A DNA stretch of 5,669 nt from Candidatus Woesearchaeota archaeon (GTDB lineage Archaea; Nanobdellota; Nanobdellia; Nanobdellales; Nanobdellaceae). The DNA lies in assembly GCA_964468425.1 (NCBI GenBank), contig CAYXSZ010000091.1:1-5669 (forward strand), given 5' to 3'. The number at the start of each line of letters is the position of its first letter. The stretch's first letter is position 1. Position numbers and translations under genes: made by a program. Of this stretch, positions 1-4,675 are shown one piece after another. The notes beneath the pieces are model-generated. The model was given only the letters and a program-made list of their open reading frames with translations, did no database searches and was not told where the DNA came from.

Positions 1-259
1 GAATCCTCCGAACGATCCAAAAGTCTCTTGCAATGACTAAAATTCCTAGCATTACGATCCATGGAAGTATTGACCAGCCAATGCTTACTAAAATGTACAC
101 TGCAGACTTCGCAGACGCTTGGGGATTAGCCGCAATCGATAGAACGCCAAAGATGACTAATATAACGATAAACGAGATTATCGCTATTAGAACATCCTCC
201 AAAATCACCTCTAAACGCTCCATCGTTCTTCGAACCTTTTTAACCTGTTGCTCGACCAT
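1..259 (-). CDS. Membrane protein, N-terminal part; the gene continues beyond the left edge
   Basis: My own minus-strand translation: ATG at 259-257, in-frame TAA just upstream at 268-266, then 86 codons with no stop down to position 2. Sequence: MVEQQVKKVRRTMERLEVILEDVLIAIISFIVILVIFGVLSIAANPQASAKSAVYILVSIGWSILPWIVMLGILVIARDFWIVRRI. A charged N-terminus is followed by two clear hydrophobic helices. It has the same orientation as the adjacent membrane genes. It is missing from the ORF track because it is open-ended. The competing + ORF 33..269 is its antisense and is T/S/I-rich and unprotein-like. Confidence 0.55.
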   Translation of the reverse strand, partial: MVEQQVKKVRRTMERLEVILEDVLIAIISFIVILVIFGVLSIAANPQASAKSAVYILVSIGWSILPWIVMLGILVIARDFWIVRRI

Positions 260-281
260 TAACTTTTAATAGGTTTCTAGG

Positions 282-292
282 AATAAAAAGTT
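282..292 (-). terminator. Possible oligo-T termination signal after the third membrane paralog
   Basis: The minus strand reads TAA AAC TTTTT ATT directly after the stop at 295-293. Archaeal terminators are typically short oligo-T tracts. The tract lies in the palindrome AATAAAA-AG-TTTTATT (282-297). The signal is weak because the next gene starts only 33 nt further on. Confidence 0.2.
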
Positions 293-913
293 TTATTGTT
301 CGTTTTTTCCGATTTCATCCATTAAGTCTGCAAAGCTCTTTAAGAAATTCTTAGTTTTATCCTTTAAAGATGGTGTTCCTTGTTGATCAGATTCAGCTGT
401 GAGCCATTTGTACAGTATGTAAAACGCCACGAGGAGAACTACGAATACTATTAAACCAGTGTTGAAAAGAAGGTCGTAAATGAACTTCATGAAATCAAAA
501 GACATAGTTCCCGCTTGCTCTGGATTGGACATGTACGCGTAAAGGGCTGCGATCAGAACGGTTAATCCTAGAACTCCGCTAGCAGCATTCCTCCAAGTTT
601 CTCCAACACTATCCCCACTTCCTCCCCAAAATAGCGCGACAACCATCAAGACGAGTAGAAGAGCTAGCATTTCGTAGAAAAACATCGCAAAGAATCTCTG
701 AGTAAACAAAATAGTACCTATGTTCGCGATGTAGTACATGCTAAATCCAAAGGCAACCACTGCGGCGATTCTTTCATGTTTTCCAAACAAGTTAACCTTT
801 CTCAAGAGACCGTAACTCAGGGAAAATATCACTAAAAATGGTCCAAATAGTGTGGATATTCCATAATCGTTCAAAAGGTGCATGAAGAATGAGAATGAAA
901 TCTCGAAGGTCAT
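293..913 (-). CDS. Integral membrane protein, ~5 TM, paralog C of a tandem triplicated family of unknown function
   Basis: 206-aa ORF with an ATG start, 6 nt downstream of the paralog B stop. It shares the N-terminal TM1 motif G-x6-P-[WF]-[IL]-[LV]-[VI]-[YF]-[AS]-[IL]-x-[FY] (here YGISTLFGPFLVIFSLSY) and a colinear five-helix hydrophobicity pattern with the two upstream ORFs. It has a unique charged C-terminal tail (TAESDQQGTPSLKDKTKNFLKSFADLMDEIGKNEQ). Confidence 0.85.
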   Translation of the reverse strand: MTFEISFSFFMHLLNDYGISTLFGPFLVIFSLSYGLLRKVNLFGKHERIAAVVAFGFSMYYIANIGTILFTQRFFAMFFYEMLALLLVLMVVALFWGGSGDSVGETWRNAASGVLGLTVLIAALYAYMSNPEQAGTMSFDFMKFIYDLLFNTGLIVFVVLLVAFYILYKWLTAESDQQGTPSLKDKTKNFLKSFADLMDEIGKNEQ

Positions 914-919
914 GGGATT

Positions 920-1447
920 TTAGGAATTTTGATTTTCTCCGCCTTTGCCGATCCACCACAGCAACACGAAGAACATTATTATTATTACTACGATACCTAT
1001 TAAATCTGTTAGCACTCCGTGAAGGGCTGTTACTATATCAGAGACAGGACTTCCACTAACACCAACTCCTTCTGCAGCTAAGATAATTATCACTAAAAGA
1101 GCTATTAAATATATAAAACCTTTCATGTATCCCTGCATCTTAGAAGGCATTACCAAAAGTGCCATCGCAACAGCGAACAGGAACAGCGCAAGGATGAAAA
1201 CTGTGGCATTTGGAATTAGGAACAGTAACCATTTGATCAATTCCTGATGCGCTATCGCCATCAACGCGAATCCGAATGAGAACAAAGCATGAAGCTTTTT
1301 ACCTGTTTTATCGTTATTGTCTTTGGTAAGTAGTCCGCTAGACTCCAAGAGCAAGAAGATTAACGAGTAAATCAAGATAAATGGAATAAATATGGAAAAA
1401 ACCCCAATGTTCGCGAATTGCTGGATAGCAGTTTCGTAAAGAGTCAT
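920..1447 (-). CDS. Integral membrane protein, ~5 TM, paralog B of the tandem triplicated family
   Basis: 175-aa ORF. Its ATG overlaps the TGA of paralog A in an ATGA overlap (1447-1444), which suggests translational coupling. TM1 motif IGVFSIFIPFILIYSLIF. The last helix ends in LLWWIGK, matching IVWWTVR in paralog A. Confidence 0.85.
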   Translation of the reverse strand: MTLYETAIQQFANIGVFSIFIPFILIYSLIFLLLESSGLLTKDNNDKTGKKLHALFSFGFALMAIAHQELIKWLLFLIPNATVFILALFLFAVAMALLVMPSKMQGYMKGFIYLIALLVIIILAAEGVGVSGSPVSDIVTALHGVLTDLIGIVVIIIMFFVLLWWIGKGGENQNS

Positions 1448-2043
1448 TGTTGAGTACTATTATTACTCTGTTCTCGCCGTTTTTCCTTAGGCTCTCTCAC
1501 GGTCCACCAGACTATCAATCCAAAGAAAGCTAGGATTATAGCTGCTTCTACAATCTCTTTATTTTCATCAAGAAACGATTGCCAATCGATGCCAGTTCCT
1601 CCACCAGACAAGAATCCAAAGTAGTTCAGGAGCACTAAAATGAATATTATTGAAGCTGGAATAGCTAAAAACTTTTTGTATTTAGTATAAAGGGTATCTT
1701 GACCTGTAACTGCACCTTCTGGGAGGGTGAAAGCTGCGATTACAATGATTAAACAAACCACTATTAAAATGAATAAGGCGAAGAGGGGTACTATGTTTCG
1801 AATGTTTGTAACAGCTTGATAGGATCCTATTACGAGAGAAGCAACTGAAAGAGCTACTAAAGATGATAAAGTTCTTGCGTTTTTCGCAGCTTCCTTGTTT
1901 GATGTATCAAATGGATTTCCAAAAATTTGAGTTCGAAGAAGAATTCCAAAGGTTATAGCATAAACAAGTATCCACGGAAGTATTATGTTAAAAAATCCAA
2001 ACTTGTCCAGAAGTGCGAGCATTCCTTCGTAAACTGTAACCAT
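1444..2043 (-). CDS. Integral membrane protein, ~5 TM, paralog A of the tandem triplicated family
   Basis: 199-aa ORF with an ATG start. TM1 motif FGFFNIILPWILVYAITF. There are five hydrophobic segments and a basic C-terminal tail (REPKEKRREQSNNSTQQ). Confidence 0.85.
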   Translation of the reverse strand: MVTVYEGMLALLDKFGFFNIILPWILVYAITFGILLRTQIFGNPFDTSNKEAAKNARTLSSLVALSVASLVIGSYQAVTNIRNIVPLFALFILIVVCLIIVIAAFTLPEGAVTGQDTLYTKYKKFLAIPASIIFILVLLNYFGFLSGGGTGIDWQSFLDENKEIVEAAIILAFFGLIVWWTVREPKEKRREQSNNSTQQ

Positions 2044-2066
2044 ATTACTTAATTAGTCTGTGAAGG

Positions 2067-2074
2067 TATAAAAA
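2067..2074 (-). promoter_or_regulatory. Candidate TATA box for a near-leaderless transcript of the membrane-gene cluster
   Basis: The minus strand reads TAA-TTATTTTTATACC. The TTTTTATA sequence is centred about 27 nt upstream of the ATG at 2043, inside the 34-nt gap after the ferredoxin stop. That spacing is typical for archaeal TATA-to-TSS distance. Confidence 0.35.
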
Positions 2075-2077
2075 TAA

Positions 2078-2284
2078 TTACTCTTCGATGATCTCGAGAA
2101 CGATGGCTCCGCTCGGACAAGACCTCGCAGCTTTGAGAACTAGTTCGCGCTCTTCTTCGTTATCGACAACCTTCTTTAATTCCTTCGCCTTGTCTCCATC
2201 TAATCTAAACAATTTATCAGAAATTAGAACGCAAGCTCCGCATCCAATGCACTTATCTTTATCAACGTAAAAAAAGACTTTCAC
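2078..2284 (-). CDS. Single-cluster [4Fe-4S]-type ferredoxin (Pyrococcus/Thermotoga small ferredoxin type), copy 2
   Basis: Contains CIGCGAC...SCPSGAI, i.e. CxxCxxC plus a distal CP, with exactly four Cys. It is colinear with copy 1. I place the start at GTG 2284-2282, giving (M)KVFFYVDKDKC, parallel to MAKVRVDKEKC in copy 1 (68 aa). The track ORF (2078..2326) begins at a TTG, adds an unmatched 14-aa extension (MPRWGYRNRGIILS) and overlaps copy 1 by 34 nt. The family call is firm; the start codon is uncertain. Confidence 0.8.
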   Translation of the reverse strand: MKVFFYVDKDKCIGCGACVLISDKLFRLDGDKAKELKKVVDNEEERELVLKAARSCPSGAIVLEIIEE

Positions 2285-2292
2285 GGAGAGGA

Positions 2293-2487
2293 TTATTCCT
2301 CTATTTCGATAGCCCCAACGGGGCAAGCTTCCTTAGCCTCTTTTACCTTCTCGAGAAGCTCTCCCTCCACATCTTCTACCTTAACTGAAGATTTATTAGA
2401 TGAATCTAGCTCGAAAACTTCTGGAGCGAGCGCGACACAAGCACCACACCCTACACACTTTTCCTTATCAACTCGTACCTTCGCCAT
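2293..2487 (-). CDS. Single-cluster [4Fe-4S]-type ferredoxin, copy 1
   Basis: MAKVRVDKEKCVGCGACVALAPEVFELD...EACPVGAIEIEE, 64 aa with four Cys. It closely resembles the ~60-66 aa monocluster ferredoxins of Thermotoga and Pyrococcus in length and motif order. The track start at 2508 is a TTG; the ATG at 2487-2485 gives the canonical N-terminus. Confidence 0.9.
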   Translation of the reverse strand: MAKVRVDKEKCVGCGACVALAPEVFELDSSNKSSVKVEDVEGELLEKVKEAKEACPVGAIEIEE

Positions 2488-2512
2488 AATTATTATTGAG
2501 TATCGCAAACCT

Positions 2513-3016
2513 TTAAGTTATATTCGTTTTTCGCAAAACACTACTTACAGCTCGTCTAACTTTGTTATAAACATCCCACCAATCATCGAGCCAAATGTAG
2601 CTCGGAACCAAGTGAAGAAACTTTCTGTGAACAACGGAAATTACATTGCAATTTTCTTTCAGGATTTTCTCGACAAGTTCTTTGAACTTATCTGAGTAGA
2701 ACTCCATCGGACCGATCTCGTCAAGGACCAAGATTTTATCTTTTCGAAAATCTTTTAAAAACCTCTCAGAGAACCTGTCCAAAACGTCTTTCCGAACAAA
2801 GTATTTTCCGACTCTATAAGGAGTTCTCAGCTCTTCGTGAGCTAAAATCTCGTTTTCTCCCCATGTTGAAACAATCCTGAAACCAGATCTTTTTTTGTTT
2901 TCTTTAATCTCTTCAACCCAAAATCCGAAAAAGTTGTCTAGCCCAAACTCGCTTATTAATTTTTTAATTATGGTAGTTTTTCCCATTCGCGGCATGCCCG
3001 ATATGAAGATCTTCAT
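2513..3016 (-). CDS. THEP1-type nucleoside-triphosphatase (NTPase_1 family P-loop NTPase)
   Basis: 167 aa. Walker A is GMPRMGKT (residues 7-14) and Walker B is ILVLDEIGPME. The family-typical blocks are present in the same order as the Aquifex/Methanocaldococcus THEP1 proteins: GFWVEEI, KRSGFRIV, RVGKYFV, KFKELVEKIL. ATG start. Confidence 0.9.
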   Translation of the reverse strand: MKIFISGMPRMGKTTIIKKLISEFGLDNFFGFWVEEIKENKKRSGFRIVSTWGENEILAHEELRTPYRVGKYFVRKDVLDRFSERFLKDFRKDKILVLDEIGPMEFYSDKFKELVEKILKENCNVISVVHRKFLHLVPSYIWLDDWWDVYNKVRRAVSSVLRKTNIT

Positions 3017-3040
3017 AAGAGTATTATCGTACGATGAAGC

Positions 3041-3048
3041 ATATATTT
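3041..3048 (-). promoter_or_regulatory. Candidate TATA box for the NTPase-ferredoxin unit
   Basis: The minus strand reads AAATATAT, centred about 28 nt upstream of the ATG at 3016. This implies a near-leaderless mRNA. No SD-like sequence is present. Confidence 0.35.
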
Positions 3049-3255
3049 GTATTCAACGCTGCGCACAGGCTGGTGAAGAGCATCTTTTTCTGAAAAATAA
3101 ATTTACAACAGTTAAATTCTGTTTTTGGAACACATTCAAGCGAAAGCTATTCTATACTGCGAAAACATAAGTGAAATCTCAGTTAAAGTAGACTATCAAG
3201 AACTCCTGGTAACGGTTTTAAATATTATTTACGAGCAAACCATTGCTTTTTCAAG

Positions 3256-3288
3256 TAAGCGCAGCATTATTATGTATCTCTGTGCTTA
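3256..3288 (+). other. Hairpin in the long spacer (9-bp stem, 15-nt loop)
   Basis: TAAGCGCAG (3256-3264) pairs with CTGTGCTTA (3280-3288). The one G-U pair (3261/3283) would be an A-C mismatch on the other strand, which mildly favours a + strand RNA. An A/T-rich TATA-like block (TTTTAAATATTATTT, 3216-3230) lies about 25-35 nt upstream. Confidence 0.3.
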
Positions 3289-3342
3289 GCAAGTAAAAAT
3301 AGATTTCAAAACCAGGTTACTTTCGTTAATGAAGGCTCTAAA

Positions 3343-3366
3343 GTTAGTGGAGTAAAAATCACTAAC
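3343..3366. other. Perfect 7-bp hairpin in the long spacer (10-nt loop)
   Basis: GTTAGTG (3343-3349) pairs with CACTAAC (3360-3366). On the minus strand two G-U pairs extend the stem to 9 bp, and the loop carries TTTTT. Confidence 0.3.
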
Positions 3367-3442
3367 CCGTATTACAAGATCAGCGATCCCTTTAAAGATA
3401 GATTCGAGGAAGACCTTTAATGGTACTTAGGCGGCTCACGAG

Positions 3443-3474
3443 TTTATTATTCATAAAAAGATATTTTAAATATC
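3443..3474 (+). promoter_or_regulatory. A/T-rich promoter region of the Cas4-like operon with an embedded 15-nt perfect palindrome
   Basis: TATA candidates are TTTATTATT (3443-3451, centre ~34 nt from the ATG) and ATAAAAAG (3453-3460, ~25 nt from the ATG). The palindrome GATATTT-T-AAATATC (3460-3474) lies between the TATA region and the start codon at 3481, the usual position of archaeal repressor operators. Confidence 0.35.
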
Positions 3475-3480
3475 AACTTT

Positions 3481-4299
3481 ATGATCTACGTTCGAGTCAC
3501 GGATCTCAACGACTACTTGTTTTGTCCCCGGAAGGTTTATTTAAAGAGAGTTCTTGGTTTGAAGGAAGAAAGAGGCTTCGAAGCGATCTTTGGAAGCCTG
3601 ATTCACGAGATATTCGATAGACTTAACGAATGCGAAGAAGAGATTGTTTATCAAATCGACGATGATTACCCCTTCGATTACATCCTCAACCTCTATGAAG
3701 ATACAGCCATTTCGATTGCGAATGAGGTGATAAACAATTTCTCGGAAGAGATCAAGGAACTTCAAGTAGATCGAGATTACTTGCTCCTCAAGATCAAAAA
3801 GCACATTAGTGAGGAACTTTGGGAGCGTGCTAAAAATGTTTACGACGCCATCCAACGCTACAATGAGTATGGATTATTATTGTGGGATAAACTCGAACCC
3901 AAGATATATTCGGAGCTCGAACTTTTATCAGACACTCTAAAAATGGTTGGGAGAATTGATAGAGCCGAATTCTACTCTGAAAGGATAGTACCAGTTGAAA
4001 TCAAATCTGGAAGGTTTTCCAAGAGTCATTTGCTGCAACTTCACGCCTACGCGCTTCTCTTGAAGCAAAACTATCCAAAGTATCACATAGACTGGGGAGT
4101 TATATACTACACTAGTTCCAAGCGTAAGAAGGAGGTAAAATTCTCTAACAAGCTCTACGACAAAGTAATATCGCTTCGCGACGAGATTTTAAAGATCATA
4201 GAATCCGAAACGGACCCAGGTCCTTGCTCGAATTTCAACAAATGTAAAAAATGCGCTCTTCGGGAGTACTGCAAGAAGTTAAATACTTCAAAAAACTAA
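3481..4299 (+). CDS. Cas4/DUF83-family PD-(D/E)xK nuclease with a 4-Cys Fe-S cluster site; stand-alone, with no cas neighbours in the window
   Basis: 272 aa. The N-terminal VTDLNDYLFCPRKVYL carries C15. The remaining motifs are GSLIHE (H42), GRID (D160), EIK (E173/K175), QLHAY (Q186/Y190), and the C-terminal CKKCALREYC (C255-x2-C258-x5-C264) with an extra C249. This is the full Cas4 motif set in canonical order. Confidence 0.85.
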   Translation: MIYVRVTDLNDYLFCPRKVYLKRVLGLKEERGFEAIFGSLIHEIFDRLNECEEEIVYQIDDDYPFDYILNLYEDTAISIANEVINNFSEEIKELQVDRDYLLLKIKKHISEELWERAKNVYDAIQRYNEYGLLLWDKLEPKIYSELELLSDTLKMVGRIDRAEFYSERIVPVEIKSGRFSKSHLLQLHAYALLLKQNYPKYHIDWGVIYYTSSKRKKEVKFSNKLYDKVISLRDEILKIIESETDPGPCSNFNKCKKCALREYCKKLNTSKN

Positions 4300-4306
4300 G
4301 AACTTT

Positions 4307-4675
4307 ATGGAGGTTGAAGGAAGAGTGGAAGCTGTAAGCTACAAGAACAAGGGAATCAAGGTCAACGGAAGATGGTACAATGTTCCAGAAGACATGTTGA
4401 AACAGATTCAAAAGAATCATCGAGTAAAGCTCTTCATAGATGACTTTGGAAATGTCCTCGAGGTGGAAGTTCTGGGTTACGAAGAGCAAATCGACAAGGA
4501 TCTCAAAATCGAAGCCTTGAGAGCGTCGATAGAAATTTTAAAGCTAAACTTTCAGTTTGGACATCCCTACGATTTAGTTCCAGCTTCAGAGCTAAAAAAT
4601 TTCGAGAAGCAAGTCGATACTTCATTAAAACTTCTTGAAAAAACGTACAAACGGGTACTTAAATTGATAAAATGA
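4307..4675 (+). CDS. Hypothetical protein; the N-terminal ~57 aa look like a small beta-barrel (OB/SH3-like) and the C-terminal half is helical
   Basis: 122-aa ORF with an ATG 7 nt after the Cas4-like stop. Its TGA overlaps the next ATG (ATGA at 4672-4675). The N-terminal pattern VEGRVEAVSYKNKGIKVNGRWYNVPEDM...HRVKLFIDDFGNVLEVEVL alternates short beta-like segments, as in small OB-fold nucleic-acid binders. I recognise no family; the fold call is inference. Confidence 0.7.
   Translation: MEVEGRVEAVSYKNKGIKVNGRWYNVPEDMLKQIQKNHRVKLFIDDFGNVLEVEVLGYEEQIDKDLKIEALRASIEILKLNFQFGHPYDLVPASELKNFEKQVDTSLKLLEKTYKRVLKLIK

Noticed and set aside
33-269. 78-aa + strand ORF from the track
   Set aside because: It is exactly antisense to an open-ended minus-strand frame that encodes a convincing membrane protein. 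Its own sequence is T/S/I-rich, poor in K/E compared with every real protein here, and has no recognisable motif or promoter.
2088-2270. 60-aa + ORF antisense to ferredoxin 2
   Set aside because: It lies wholly inside a well-supported gene on the other strand. The peptide is S/L/T-rich and low in complexity, a typical antisense artefact.
2285-2326. Upstream extension of ferredoxin 2 (track ORF 2078..2326), which overlaps ferredoxin 1 by 34 nt
   Set aside because: The extension starts at a TTG and adds MPRWGYRNRGIILS, which has no counterpart in the paralog. The GTG at 2284 gives an N-terminus colinear with copy 1 and removes the overlap. Likewise, the TTG at 2508 for ferredoxin 1 is rejected in favour of the ATG at 2487.
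3031-3093. Possible C/D-box sRNA: ACGATGA at 3031-3037, CTGGTGA at 3070-3076, CTGA at 3090-3093
   Set aside because: Both C-like boxes deviate from RUGAUGA. No D' box lies at the ~12-nt guide spacing, the internal spacer is too long, and there is no terminal stem. The segment also coincides with the NTPase promoter.
2895-3170. 91-aa + ORF spanning the NTPase 5' end and its promoter
   Set aside because: Its first third is antisense to the conserved P-loop region of the NTPase, and the rest runs through the A/T-rich promoter. It has no motifs and no upstream promoter.
3289-3426. 46-codon open frame on the minus strand of the spacer, considered as a live CDS
   Set aside because: There is no ATG/GTG/TTG start near its 5' end. 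The only upstream ATG (3454) is in another frame and ends after 20 codons. The length is only modestly above random expectation. It is kept only as a possible gene remnant in the spacer finding.
3017-3480. CRISPR array or leader next to the Cas4-like gene; tRNA or other structured housekeeping RNA
   Set aside because: There are no direct repeats of 20 nt or more at regular spacing; the only repeat is one ~15-nt imperfect pair. There are no G+C-rich cloverleaf stems or T-loop (GTTCRA) motifs. The region is uniformly A/T-rich, unlike the stable RNAs of thermophiles.
3420-3620. 66-aa + ORF overlapping the Cas4-like start in another frame
   Set aside because: It is out of frame with the strongly supported Cas4-family ORF, is R/S/L-rich, and begins in the promoter region.
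3541-3855. 104-aa minus ORF inside the Cas4-like gene
   Set aside because: It is antisense to a GAA/GAG/AAR-rich coding region, which gives stop-poor complementary frames. It has no motifs and no room for a promoter.
4235-4489. 84-aa minus ORF across the Cas4-like / 122-aa gene junction
   Set aside because: It is antisense to two co-oriented genes, and its peptide is hydrophobic and low in complexity with no signals.
4672-4675. The 122-aa ORF and the NFACT ORF as one frameshifted gene
   Set aside because: The 122-aa protein bears no resemblance to the NFACT-N/HhH regions and is far too short to supply them. ATGA overlaps are ordinary coupling junctions, and the same junction occurs at 1444-1447.
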